DNA of 60,327 nt, filler included, from Aduncisulcus paluster (taxonomy: Eukaryota): NCBI GenBank assembly GCA_024181965.1. It is 5 parts of 5 records of this genome, joined end to end, with 100 filler letters (N's around TTAATTAATTAA, not from the genome) between each part and the next. Parts side by side here need not be neighbours in the genome. Positions count along the whole stretch, not along the records: positions 22,055 to 32,829 come from BQXS01010836.1; positions 32,930 to 42,825 come from BQXS01010837.1; 3 more parts are not named here. One strand, written 5' to 3'. Below are positions 22,055 to 33,445 of the stretch, in pieces; positions within the stretch are counted from its first letter, which is position 1; each line of letters begins with the position of its first letter. Both the position numbers and the translations under genes were made by a program. The notes beneath the pieces were generated by a model. It was not told where the DNA came from and made no database searches. It saw only the letters and a program-made list of their open reading frames with translations.

Positions 22055-24393
22055 CGTTGAAACTGGGCCGTTTTCTGTTGGAGATGGAAGCGGTAGTTAC
22101 GTTAAGCTGACTTATTCCAGTTCTGAGCTGACCATAAACCAGAGTGTCTCTGTTAGTGGAAACATTTCTGCTACGAATACATTGTCTGGTTCGAATCTTG
22201 ACGTTGACACGATTTACCTTGGCGGAGCAACTATCATATTACACTGGTGCTGACACTGACAATGATGGTACTGATGATTTTTGGTACGTGTCGATTGATT
22301 ATCCATTGGACGTTATAGACTCGCTTTCTATTACGGATGCCAGCAACTCCACTTTCACGGGCTCATTTTACTTGGATACCTTGGATTCTGTTGAGACTAT
22401 GGTGTCAAGTCTTCCTTTTGCCGTTGAAACTGGGCCGTTTTCTGTTGGAGATGGAAGCGGTAGTTACGTTAAGCTGACTTATTCCAGTTCTGAGCTGACC
22501 ATAAACCAGAGTGTCTCTGTTAGTGGAAACATTTCTGCTACGAATACATTGTCTGGTTCGAATCTTGACGTTGACACGATTTACCTTGGCGGAGCAACTA
22601 TGACATATTACACATCTGATATTGATAATGATGGAACTGCTGATAACTATGTTGATATTGATAAGTATTTGCAATTGTACCAGAAATTGAGTATTGATGA
22701 TGGCAGCGGAAATAATGTTTTATTGAGCTTTGATGGAACAACCTTTTCTTCATCCGATCCCATTGTGATTGAAGATAGCATTACTTTGAATGATACCTCA
22801 AATGCCCTGACTTCAACTCTATCAATTTATAATGATTCGGGAACTGCTAGATTTCTATCTGATTCCCCTCTCTATTTACCCAATACCGATGACAAATACT
22901 CCACAGTTCTTACTGATTCTTCGGTGTCGATGAAGGAAGGTTCTGTGTTTAATCTGGAGTTTGATGGAGAACGGACATATTCTCTTCCTGTTTTGGGTAC
23001 ACCCATCACGTTTCAAGATGTGTTTTCTGAGACTGATTCCAATGGAGATCGTTATAAGGCCAATCTCTACTTCCATGGACCAAATGATTCTTTTATGGCC
23101 GATAAGAAGTTCGCATTTGTTTCTTCGGCTCATCACGTTAGGAAGACTGCATTCGTTATGGGTGCTGGGTCAAATTTAGCCGTCTTGGCTTCGATTCCTG
23201 AGGAAAAGTTAACTATGGCGACAGATGTCGTTGCGTCTATGCCATCAGCAACTCAATACCTTAGCTTTGATTTTGCTATCTCTCTTGGAAGTACTGGTGG
23301 TGCAGGTGGTGATGATGTTTATTTGGTTGATCTCGTGAGTCCTAGTGGAGCCAACGGTTTCGCTATTTCCCAAATATTCTTCAAATTTTCATCCGCTGAA
23401 TTTACTTCTTCATCCACATTGGCTTATGATGATGCCACCACTGTGACTGATTACCAAAGATTATCGGATGATTATGTTCGTGCCGCACCTCAGAAATTCT
23501 CAGTTTCAATGAATCAAACGGTAGGAACGCTTGTCTTCAATACTAAGAGTTCAATTGATGTTAACGCTATCGTTTTGTCCGATTCCGTTTCTTCAGGTGG
23601 TGATGATATTAGTGATCCTATCACTGGGTTTTCCGGGCTTGTTGCGAATTTTATTAAGGCCGATATATTCGCTTTTGGTGAGACCACTGGACAAGCTGCG
23701 GTGTTGGTTGCCAAAGATGAAAATGAACTCATATTGGATCACGCAAATATTTTCTCCTTCGAACAGACTCAGGTGAGGTTTGGACTCTTTTCAAACGCCT
23801 CTTCTGTCAATCTGACACAAGCCTCAGCCACATATGTGTATGATGTTAATGATCCTGTCAATGGGGATTATGGGCTGGATAGCACAAATTCTGGAAATTT
23901 CCTCTCGATTGATCAAAATATCTCACTCGATGGAGGCGTCATCATGTTAGAAGGAACACAAACAATTCAAAGTAAGGAACGAACAAGTCTTGTGCCGACA
24001 ACTGGATTAGCTTCGTTTACTTATGATTCCATGAATGCATTTACAAATTCCTTCAATGTCATGCGTTTGGCCGATGCAGAGCCTGCATTCTTCGGAATGG
24101 ATGTAGTGAGATCAACAAACGTTGGAACAATGGCTGATCCATGTGAAAGTGTCATGAATACTAATCTAAACATAAGAAATCGATGTGATTATACAGGACA
24201 ATCGTTTTACGCTATGTCTGTCTCGAGCTCAGGTGATCACTACATGCAATTATGTGTTTGTGTAGTGATGTACAGTATGTCAACAAGTCCACCAAAATCT
24301 ACTCCAACAGTTTGGGGGGCAGGTCCTATTATCTCTTTTAATTCTACTGATTCTCTTAAATTACAAAATGATTATATTATCACGGATACGTAA
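22055..24393 (+). CDS. 5'-truncated large acidic beta-rich repeat protein (probably extracellular), with a frame break near 22233
   Basis: Coding from the contig start (VETGPFSVGDGSGSY...). 22055-22233 is repeated at 22422-22600. DxDNDGT motifs; C-terminal CDYTGQ...LCVCV. The first residues of the track ORF (MSLLVETFLL...) are off-frame. Confidence 0.8.
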
Positions 24394-24761
24394 CTTTTTG
24401 ACATTTTTTTTTCTGAAATCTTATTTTTTCCCGCCTTTTATGTCATTAATAATAATATTAATAAATTCATGTGTGTCTTTGAAGTAGATCCAAGAAGGGT
24501 TTTATTGAATAAAGTTTTGGCCCAGTGCATAACGCACAACATTTTTTTTTTTTGCACTCTAGAATGGATGGTTTAATTAACAGTAAATATTGTAGAGCAA
24601 TTTAATTAATTGAGAAAAATTCATTTGTATTATCAAGTCAATGATTTCTAAATCTTGATAAGTCCGACGATTCAAAAAAAAAAAATTAATATGTCAACTT
24701 GCCAACAAAACAGTATAATACCTAGCACTATTAGAGTTATTTTTTAATTAGATCAAGAATT

Positions 24762-25391
24762 GTGAAAGAATTGTTGGTTCATATGAGAATAGAAGGTTGT
24801 CTAGCTATAGATAATGGAGTCGAATTCGACAGAGTTAGATTAATGAGAGATCCAGATATAATTGGTTGTTTTGAGCAATTTGTAAAGATAGACGAGGATA
24901 ATGCATATGCAGATTATCATAGTTGCGATTGTTACTCCGATTTACAGAAATTTATTCACAACCAACATCCTATATGTTTTTTCCCAAAATTATATCTTCC
25001 ATTTATTAAACCATACTTTCTCAGCAAATTTTATATTAGTCATCATAATTGGCCTCACGGAATTAGAGATTTTGACGTTATTTTCACCACTTCTGCTGGA
25101 AATCGAATCAAAATTGAGTATCGTATGGCTGAAGTGGAGCCAAGGCATTTCTTTTGGCAAGAATTTCCAATTGTATTTGAAATAGAAGATGATTCAGAAA
25201 TTATATCTTGTGAACTAAATGCTATCTCTTCACTCGATAAGAAACAGGAGAGCATTTATATCTACTCAATACGGTTTGTCGTAGCTTCTGACAAAGAGAG
25301 GAAAAGAGCAATTGAATTGAAAAAGAAAAAGGAAGATTTACAAACTGAATTGCTAATTGAGAATTTATGCATGTTTCCTTGGAAGTTATGA
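24762..25391 (+). CDS. Hypothetical protein, lineage-specific beta-rich domain family (start uncertain)
   Basis: 209-aa ORF; pattern LYLPF..P....FYI...FTTSAG....EY...W...PI...CEL and terminal FPWKL, similar to 37866..38990. Confidence 0.75.
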   Translation: MKELLVHMRIEGCLAIDNGVEFDRVRLMRDPDIIGCFEQFVKIDEDNAYADYHSCDCYSDLQKFIHNQHPICFFPKLYLPFIKPYFLSKFYISHHNWPHGIRDFDVIFTTSAGNRIKIEYRMAEVEPRHFFWQEFPIVFEIEDDSEIISCELNAISSLDKKQESIYIYSIRFVVASDKERKRAIELKKKKEDLQTELLIENLCMFPWKL

Positions 25392-25595
25392 TTTCTTTTA
25401 AAATAATTGCTTACTAACTTAAGTTGGATTTATACTGACATGATGTCAGTGACATCTTGCAAGATTTAAAGGTTATGTGTTAGTAAAAATGTCCTCTTCA
25501 CTTATATTGTCTTTACTGAAAGGTCTTCAAGGTCAAAAACTGAAGACTTCAAGAAATGTCAGATGCACCAGACTCTGATGACACCAAAGATGAAT

Positions 25596-28500
25596 CTAAA
25601 CAGGAATTTCAATATGTTGGATTGGAAACAAGAGATCCATGAAAATATCGCATAATCCATCATCGATTTCCTTTGATTTGGGTTCAGAATGCTGTGCCAA
25701 ACGTGCAACTGGATCGATGGGGGTAAGAGAAACAGTTTCAAGGTATTTGTCCTTTGATTTATCCTGGAATCGCAAAGAGGATTTGAAAGAGAGAAACTTT
25801 CGAGTGATTTCTGACACAATTCCATACCAACCTTTCAAGGAAGAGAAGAGAGAACATCCATGTTGGATATAATTCTCTTGGATTAAATGGGCTTGTTTTG
25901 ATGATATTGGCTGGCTCAATATTGATGTATCAAATAGTTTTTGGATGGACAATGATGTATGGGCAACCTCACGACGACATTTTGAGAATTCGTGAATGAT
26001 ATCCATTGCGTGCTCACAATCGGATGAAGTGATGGACTTAACTACAACCAACTTCGAAGAAGACACCAATCCACTTGAAACCGTAATACAACACTCACTC
26101 ACAGATAAAGGTTGACCTCCACTCGGAATAGTGTCCGAATGAAGGGATATCCGTGAACATGGGAGGGAGAAAATGGAAAGGGATGAGAATGATGGTGCTG
26201 ATACTGGTACGCCAAGACTTCTCGAAATTTTGTTTTCAACATGATGTTTGATGATATCAAATATAATCTTCTCTCTTTTTTTGGAATCTTGAGAACATTC
26301 TAAAATGTTGATGAGGTTTTGAGACAATGATCCAGCAGCACCAATGTTGTATAAATCAGAATAAACTCTTAATTCATGATAGTCATCGAAAGACAAAGAA
26401 TCTGAATGGTTCCAACATCGAGAAACAACATTAAAAGAGGAAGAATATGAGAAATCACTTCCTCGAGGTTGCCAAAGAAAAAACAAATTCGATCCATTCA
26501 AAGAAATATGTACAGATTTCGCATGAGAATCGAGGGATTGATGGATATTTTGGACAGAAACGAGGTTAGAGAGCAAGACAAACTCTTTTTTCTTGAAAGG
26601 AAACTCAGATATTGGAAATAACTCCCCAGTTTCATAGTTATATAGGGAAATATCATAAGATAATTGTAGAATATCATTGTGGATCAATCCACCACCAACG
26701 ATCAAAAGAAAAGCTGAAAACCCAGGGATATGATGGAGAGAAAACATCCTTGCAGAGAAAGGAACATTTGACAATACATGAGGAAAAGAACCTTGATCAG
26801 ATGTTTCTTGATTCTTACCCGGTGATTTTATGTGTTCTTTTGAATGGAGGAGAGGAAGATTGGGGGTAAACTTTCGAATTGACACAACCGAACCTTGACA
26901 TCGAATATGACTGATCTGGCTTTCAACTCCATCGCCCTGTTTTGATCGTTCTGATCCAAAATAATATTCCTCCTCCTCTTCTTCTTCTTCTTTTTCTCTG
27001 GATATTTGTTGAGCCTCTAATTCCGACTTCGATTGTATCCAAGACGGTTGGCAAAGACAACAAGCAAACGAAGGACCAATTTCCCAAACGCATCCACAGG
27101 CGAATTTCGATCCTCGACAAACATAGGGAAGGAATAAAACAAACCTAGAATGATCTTTAGGGATTGGCAGGGTCATTTTTGACTGCCCTTGATGAGGAAA
27201 GAGATAACATGGCCCATATGGAGCATATGGGATTGGAACACACGTAAGAATAGTCATTTCAACAAACGATAGATCACTGATATGTCCTTTCATGATGTAG
27301 ATCATATTTTTCCTATAAATAGAAATATAAATCGGTTGAGAAACTATGTCGACCGGAGATTCAATATGATTCGGTTGATGAGAGCAAAATCCGCTCAATA
27401 AAATAATATTTTCTGACTTTTTGGCAGGTTCTTCTCCAAAATCGAATTGAATGTGACGCTTCGAGAGGGAGAATCGAACACATCCACCTGCAAAATAAGA
27501 AAAAACAAAAATAACATCAAAGTTCTGAGTCAATATAAACAAAAATCTTCCCTGATTTTGTTGACAGACGATTTGGCCCGATCTTAATAGAGTTACCACA
27601 GATTGTAAGGAAACATCACAACTTTGAACCTTTGACATTACACAAATTGCAGAATGGAAATTTGAATCCCAATCTTTTTGTTTGTTTTGAGATGTGAAAG
27701 ATGGTCCATGTTTTCCCATTCCAGCAAACGAGAGAGTTTCTTCAGAGGAGTATTGTGGCGAATGTCTCTTCACGACACTGGATCGATCAGAAAGAGAAAA
27801 TGTTCGCAATGGTTCTTTTGTTTCTGTCATTTTTGTTTGAAAATGGGGAGAAATAAAAAAAGATGGCAAATCAGTCCGTGTTTTCTCGAAGCCGATAAAC
27901 TCAATCGACTTCAAAAACAGGGAAACGTAATCCCAAAGTCCTTCGACTGTGAGAAATATAAACGAACATGGATAAAATTGATCAAAAACTGAACTTAATG
28001 AGGTTTTTTCTTCTTTCTTCTCACATGACATTGCCTTGGTTTTCGAATATGGCATTGTAGAAGGATCATAACAAGATGGAACTGACATTGGAATAATTCG
28101 GGTGCTTTCAAGTGGATACACTCGACACTGAGTTACATTCAACATCCGTGAGAGATCTTTTCCAATGTTAACTGAGACGAAGAGAGAAGAGAGAGAGAGA
28201 GAGGCAGGAGATTGGACTGGCTCTGGGGTAGAATGCTTATGAGAAATTCTTTCCTCGGTAAGTTCTCCAAAACCTAGTCCATTTGATACTCTTTGGAAAG
28301 CTTCATCGGCTACATGAGGGTCGACCATGACCGGCTGACGGAAAAACTGAGTAATATCCCGAAAATGATGTGGAGATGCAGAGCGTCTGGATCTAGAAAT
28401 TAACCCAGCAGATCCCATCATTTTTTTCGCTGTTTTGCGGATATTATGAAGAATTTGACAACTCATAGGGTTCACAACCATTGATGAAACAACAAAGGGC

Positions 28501-28640
28501 CTATCAAATTTAATAATTATTTGATGTGGATATGAAGAATTAGATTTAATTTTTGAGTGTTTTGAGAATGGAGATCCAAGCCTTTGATCAATGTGAGGGG
28601 TTGTCGAGTAAACAATTGAAAATGGAAGGAGACTCAACAT
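25596..28640 (-). CDS. Large hypothetical protein, divergent muskelin-like (discoidin N-domain plus degenerate kelch region)
   Basis: About 1014 aa from ATG 28640. SNSSYPHQIIIKFDRPFVV and FYPCSFIFLTVEGLWDYVSLFLKSIEFIG resemble Muskelin_N. LLIVGGG...DISLYNYETG is kelch-like. Confidence 0.5.
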   Translation of the reverse strand: MLSLLPFSIVYSTTPHIDQRLGSPFSKHSKIKSNSSYPHQIIIKFDRPFVVSSMVVNPMSCQILHNIRKTAKKMMGSAGLISRSRRSASPHHFRDITQFFRQPVMVDPHVADEAFQRVSNGLGFGELTEERISHKHSTPEPVQSPASLSLSSLFVSVNIGKDLSRMLNVTQCRVYPLESTRIIPMSVPSCYDPSTMPYSKTKAMSCEKKEEKTSLSSVFDQFYPCSFIFLTVEGLWDYVSLFLKSIEFIGFEKTRTDLPSFFISPHFQTKMTETKEPLRTFSLSDRSSVVKRHSPQYSSEETLSFAGMGKHGPSFTSQNKQKDWDSNFHSAICVMSKVQSCDVSLQSVVTLLRSGQIVCQQNQGRFLFILTQNFDVIFVFSYFAGGCVRFSLSKRHIQFDFGEEPAKKSENIILLSGFCSHQPNHIESPVDIVSQPIYISIYRKNMIYIMKGHISDLSFVEMTILTCVPIPYAPYGPCYLFPHQGQSKMTLPIPKDHSRFVLFLPYVCRGSKFACGCVWEIGPSFACCLCQPSWIQSKSELEAQQISREKEEEEEEEEYYFGSERSKQGDGVESQISHIRCQGSVVSIRKFTPNLPLLHSKEHIKSPGKNQETSDQGSFPHVLSNVPFSARMFSLHHIPGFSAFLLIVGGGLIHNDILQLSYDISLYNYETGELFPISEFPFKKKEFVLLSNLVSVQNIHQSLDSHAKSVHISLNGSNLFFLWQPRGSDFSYSSSFNVVSRCWNHSDSLSFDDYHELRVYSDLYNIGAAGSLSQNLINILECSQDSKKREKIIFDIIKHHVENKISRSLGVPVSAPSFSSLSIFSLPCSRISLHSDTIPSGGQPLSVSECCITVSSGLVSSSKLVVVKSITSSDCEHAMDIIHEFSKCRREVAHTSLSIQKLFDTSILSQPISSKQAHLIQENYIQHGCSLFSSLKGWYGIVSEITRKFLSFKSSLRFQDKSKDKYLETVSLTPIDPVARLAQHSEPKSKEIDDGLCDIFMDLLFPIQHIEIPV

Positions 28641-29026
28641 AATATTCGCCAATTATTATTATAATAGAGGAATATAAAATCTGAAGAACCTCAAAATTCC
28701 TACAAATGATGTTAATACAAATCAAAACTTATCAATCTGTTTTCAAATATGAGAAGTCTCCAAGATGATTCTATTCCTGAAAATGGTTTAAAATTTACAA
28801 AAAGTGGCAAACAGAACAACATCAATAACTCATATTACCGACTCGTCTTGGTATTATAGGTTGAGAAGGATTGAGATATTATTTCATTGTATAGGATGGA
28901 CCACCCTTTCAAAAATCGAAATTTGATATGATAATGGCGTAATTACTATTATTTAAGGACAATTGAAGCATTTTTAATTGCTATACGCACAAATCCGGAT
29001 GTCACAGCCGAATTTTCGTTTTTGTG

Positions 29027-30613
29027 ATGAATCTCTCAGCATCACAAGGAATTGGCGATGATTTCCTTCCTATGGCTTTAATGGCTATGGAAGAAGAGGG
29101 AAAGAAGGCCAAAGATCGTGTTGATGAAATGGAAAAAAAGCTCTCCAAATCTCAAGGAGAAATAGACTCTCAAAGGAGAGAAATATTGAAATTAAGGAAA
29201 GAATTAGTTGACATTGAAGAAAAAAAGGCAGCTGGTGAAATTAAATATCGAAGGTTGGAAAAACGAGTTGAAGAGGAAGCTAGAGAAAAAATGAGATATC
29301 ATCGAATGTATGAAGAAAGTCAAAGGAAGTTTACTGCCGCAAATCAAGAAATATTGAAGCGAAAACGGAAATATCGTGACCTTTACAAACGATGTGATGA
29401 TTTACAGTTATTATCAAGAAATTTATCCACTGAAAAGGAAGATATTATTATAAAATTTAACAAACAGAGTGAATCTTGTTCTATGTGGAAACAACGAGCT
29501 GAAGAAAGGCAGAGCGAACTCGAGCGTCTTCAACTTCGATATAAAGGTGATATTGAACATCAAATGGAAGAATTTGAGAAAGAACGAGAAGATATTAATT
29601 GCATATTACAAAATTATCAGGTAGAGAATGCCGATTTAAAGAAATCATATGGCGAACAAATTGAAAGTGCCATTGCGTGGAAAAGAGAATTTGAAGTTGC
29701 TTCAGCTGAATTAAAACAATATAAAATACGATCTAAACAACGTGTTGAACAGGTTAAAGAGAAATATTCAACCAAATTAAGTGAAATGGCTACAGAGAAT
29801 ACACATCTCCACGCTGTGATTGCTAAATGTGTTTCGCGGCTCAAAGAATGTTTTGATATGCTTAGACGCACTCACGATATTCGATATAGCTTTGATTCTA
29901 TCATTTCTTCACTTCAGCCGCTTTCTTTTGACTCATATTCTTCCGGACCTTCTCTCCAGCAACCTCTGACCTCAGGATCTCCTCTTTTCCCGGCTATCTC
30001 ATTTCCTGCGCTTCCTCAACTCATTTCTCATCCTTCTTCATTGCCACAGGTNNNNNNNNNNNNNNNNNNNNCAACCAAATTAAGTGAAATGGCTACAGAG
30101 AATACACATCTCCACGCTGTGATTGCTAAATGTGTTTCGCGGCTCAAAGAATGTTTTGATATGCTTAGACGCACTCACGATATTCGATATAGCTTTGATT
30201 CTATCATTTCTTCACTTCAGCCGCTTTCTTTTGACTCATATTCTTCCGGACCTTCTCTCCAGCAACCTCTGACCTCAGGATCTCCTCTTTTCCCGGCTAT
30301 CTCATTTCCTGCGCTTCCTCAACTCATTTCTCATCCTTCTTCATTGCCACAGGTGCCTGACGTGTTCTCTGGTCTGCACGCGTGTATACAAACTCTCAAA
30401 GAAAAGGCTAGCGACTCGATGATAAAGTGGAAGAGTGAGAAAAGGGAGTGGAAAAGGGAGATTGAGAAACTAGAGGCTAAAATTAAACGCGAGGAACGGG
30501 TTTCACATGCTTCTTCTCTCTTACCCCCAAAACCTCCTTCCGCACGAACTCTCTCCAGCACTGAGAAGTTAAGATTAGCTGTGAAGGAGCTTTTAGATGC
30601 CACAAATAGGTGA
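29027..30613 (+). CDS. Coiled-coil protein (length inflated by about 101 codons through a gap-flanking duplication)
   Basis: E/K/R/Q-rich heptad-like ORF running across a 20-N gap. Confidence 0.8.
   Translation: MNLSASQGIGDDFLPMALMAMEEEGKKAKDRVDEMEKKLSKSQGEIDSQRREILKLRKELVDIEEKKAAGEIKYRRLEKRVEEEAREKMRYHRMYEESQRKFTAANQEILKRKRKYRDLYKRCDDLQLLSRNLSTEKEDIIIKFNKQSESCSMWKQRAEERQSELERLQLRYKGDIEHQMEEFEKEREDINCILQNYQVENADLKKSYGEQIESAIAWKREFEVASAELKQYKIRSKQRVEQVKEKYSTKLSEMATENTHLHAVIAKCVSRLKECFDMLRRTHDIRYSFDSIISSLQPLSFDSYSSGPSLQQPLTSGSPLFPAISFPALPQLISHPSSLPQXXXXXXXXTKLSEMATENTHLHAVIAKCVSRLKECFDMLRRTHDIRYSFDSIISSLQPLSFDSYSSGPSLQQPLTSGSPLFPAISFPALPQLISHPSSLPQVPDVFSGLHACIQTLKEKASDSMIKWKSEKREWKREIEKLEAKIKREERVSHASSLLPPKPPSARTLSSTEKLRLAVKELLDATNR
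29769..30354. other. Assembly artefact: identical 283-bp copies flanking a 20-N gap
   Basis: 29769-30051 equals 30072-30354 with N at 30052-30071. Confidence 0.85.
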
Positions 30614-30840
30614 AGATATTCATCTCCAACTTTCTCATAATCCTATAATTGGAATCAATTATTTTTGGTGTTTACTCTTTTTTCTTACAATTTATTCACC
30701 AATATTGTACATATTGAGCCATATATATGGTTATTGTTATTTATAAAGATTATTGACTTTTATTAATCGTATAATTGTTTTCCGATGAAATTGAATGAAT
30801 TATTTTTTGATGGATTGGTGAAGTTTACAGTACCAAATGT

Positions 30841-30872
<32 letters not shown>

Positions 30873-31046
30873 GATTTTGCTACTAGCAAAGATGACTAGT
30901 AGTCAAAAGTGTGTGTGTCTTGCAAGATCATCTTTTAAATTAAATATTCATGGAACTTACAGTCTGCAAAACACGACCACATGGCATAATTGTATCCATA
31001 ACCTCACTGCACTCTCCACCTCCAAAACCGTCCCAATCAGGTCTAG

Positions 31047-31349
31047 TCAGATAAGTCCAGTAAAACCAAGAGTTTCTTCGATAACGCGTTTGTAACCAAC
31101 CCAGGCCATCCGAAGGTTCTCGAGAGCATCCTCTTTGGTGGTGTGGCATGTGTGGGCTTCATTCCAGGGAATTTCACGAACACGGATCAAGGGACGTGTG
31201 TTTTTGGTCTCATGACGATAAACGGAATATGTTTGGTGAACCTTAAGAGGAAGATCCCGGAAAGAGCACGGAAGATATCATGGGGGGAGATGCGACCACT
31301 GAGAGTTTTTAAGTCGTCGATCACCTTGTGTACTTTGTCATCCACAGTG
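31047..31349 (-). pseudogene. Degenerate coding fragment (possible gene or transposon remnant)
   Basis: GC-richer island. It reads TVDDKVHKVIDDLKTLSGRISPHDIFRAL, then after a frameshift near 31260 RDLPLKVHQTYSVYRHE...LENLRMAWVGYKRVIEETLGFTGLI*. No in-frame ATG seen at the start. Confidence 0.35.
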
Positions 31350-31576
31350 CTTTATGGGGGTTTCTATGCCTAAAAATTGATGTTGTAAAATATCATTCGA
31401 TGAGCACTTTATACAAAACATCCTTGAATTTCAAGTCGAAATAAAATTTGCAGAAGAAATATCCTTACTAAGTGTATTTAATGGCTAAGAAATGGTGGAT
31501 TATCATACCCAAAGAAAAAGAACCCGAATAATTGCCACTTCTCAATATAAATCATAATTAATGAAATCTATTCCAT

Positions 31577-32829
31577 TTACATATCTTCCTCTGTAAACAT
31601 TTGTTTGAATAAAGAATCCATGCTCTGTTCCTTCTCTTCAACTTCCTCACTTAGGTCAACGTTTCCAACTGAAAAGAGAGAAGGATACGAAATATGATGT
31701 CCATCAACATCTGTCATTTCTTCTCCTATTCCTCTGCTATCCGCTATAGAACGACCTTTCTCCTCCTTTTCTTCACGCTCCTCGCTCACGATCTCATCAG
31801 ATTCATCTTTTTTGGCCCTCATATTGCGAATCCAGGAAGTAAGATAAGGTGGGACAAGGAAGAGAAGTGTGCGTAAGAAATCATCAGTGTCAATGGAAGA
31901 AGAAGAGGAATATAAGGAGTGAACAAGGGTTAAAAATGCTTTTGGAGAGAATAAACCAACGAAATATTTTGGGTAGTGCAAGTCAGAATAATATAATTCA
32001 TAAAACCTGCGATCTTGCTCAGAATCAGAATTTGAGTCAGGATTTGAGTCAGGATTTGTGTCAGGATTTGAGTCAGGATTTAAAGATGAAGTCTTCTCCA
32101 ATCTTGATGATAATTCAAGAAGCATTGATGGATCATTGAGTGGAGACCCAGTTACCATTGTCGAGGAAGGCGTTAACTTCTTCCCAAGCTTGCTGGCAAG
32201 GGCTTGAAAGTTCCCAGTGTCCATTGGTGACCTTGGAAATGTAAATGTAGGATCTTCATCCTTGCCATCCATACTAACCTCAGGGATCTCATCTGTTTGA
32301 AGGTCAGAATGGGAACGAGAGTGTGTTGTCGTTGTGGTTTGTGTATCTTCAAGGATGTACATGTTTGCATGTTTATGATCAATGCCATGCTCTCCTTCAT
32401 CAGTAATATCTCCAGTAATATCTCCAGTAGCAGTAGTGGTCGAACTACTACTCTTTCCACTTCTTCTTCTTCCTCTTCTGCTTCTGCTTCTTCTTCTTTC
32501 AATTCCAATTCCTTTCCCCTCACTCTCTTCAGTTCTGTCAGTTCCCTCAGAAGTTTCTTTTGTTAGAGAAGAAGTCGAATGAGAAGATCCATCTGAGTAA
32601 TCACTCTCCTCATCTTCTACACTTCTGTCACTCACAGAAACCACTCCTTCTTCTTCATTCACATCTTCCACGACAGTTGACACAGTGGACATAGTAGAAG
32701 TAAAATCATGATCTGATTCTTCAGAACCTTTTTCATGTTCCTCTTCCCCTTTCTCTTTCTCTTCCTCTTCCCCTTTCTCTTCAATTTCTGCGTCAGAATT
32801 GTTAAACAATAAGTGCATGCGATCTGTGA
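31577..32829 (-). CDS. 3' part of an acidic low-complexity protein, truncated by contig end
   Basis: Frame is open from the spacer to TAA at 31577; E/S/D-rich; 12-bp NPDS repeat around 32025-32082. Confidence 0.75.
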
Positions 32830-32929
32830 NNNNNNNNNNNNNNNNNNNNNNNNNNNNNNNNNNNNNNNNNNNNTTAATTAATTAANNNNNNNNNNNNNNN
32901 NNNNNNNNNNNNNNNNNNNNNNNNNNNNN
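32830..32929. other. Artificial contig spacer N44-TTAATTAATTAA-N44
   Basis: Linker at 32874-32885. Confidence 0.97.
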
Positions 32930-33445
32930 ACATGACTTACGACGAGTTCATGGAATTCTTCGATGGTTTCTGTGAGTGTCTCCCCAAGTTCATCACCACT
33001 CAGTGCCTGAACATTGTTGACGAGTACGCTCCTTCTCTTTACCAATGGCTCCAACAAGAAGAGGATCCCGAGACTTTCTGCACTCTCATGGGTCTCTGCG
33101 ATGGTGCCGTTGCAGTTCCTTCCAACGACTTCACTTGTGACCTCTGTGACTTCCTTGTTCAGGAGGCTGAGGACATCTTCACTCCCGACATGACTTACGA
33201 CGAGTTCATGGAATTCTTCGATGGTTTCTGTGAGTGTCTCCCCAAGTTCATCACCACTCAGTGCCTGAACATTGTTGACGAGTACGCTCCTTCTCTTTAC
33301 CAATGGCTCCAACAAGAAGAGGATCCCGAGACTTTCTGCACTCTCATGGGTCTCTGCGATGGTGCCGTTGCAGTTCCTTCCAACGACTTCACTTGTGACC
33401 TCTGTGACTTCCTTGTTCAGGAGGCTGAGGACATCTTCACTCCCG
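32930..33445 (+). repeat. Two identical 258-bp (86-aa) tandem units within the saposin gene
   Basis: 32930-33187 equals 33188-33445; a third unit from 33446 is diverged. Confidence 0.9.

Noticed and set aside
28999-29039. Possible 22-nt GT-AG intron joining ATG 28999 to the coiled-coil ORF
   Set aside because: Far shorter than the other introns and the donor (GTTTTT) does not match GTATG; an in-frame ATG exists at 29027
29769-30354. Apparent internal domain duplication in the coiled-coil protein
   Set aside because: Same 20-N gap overlap artefact
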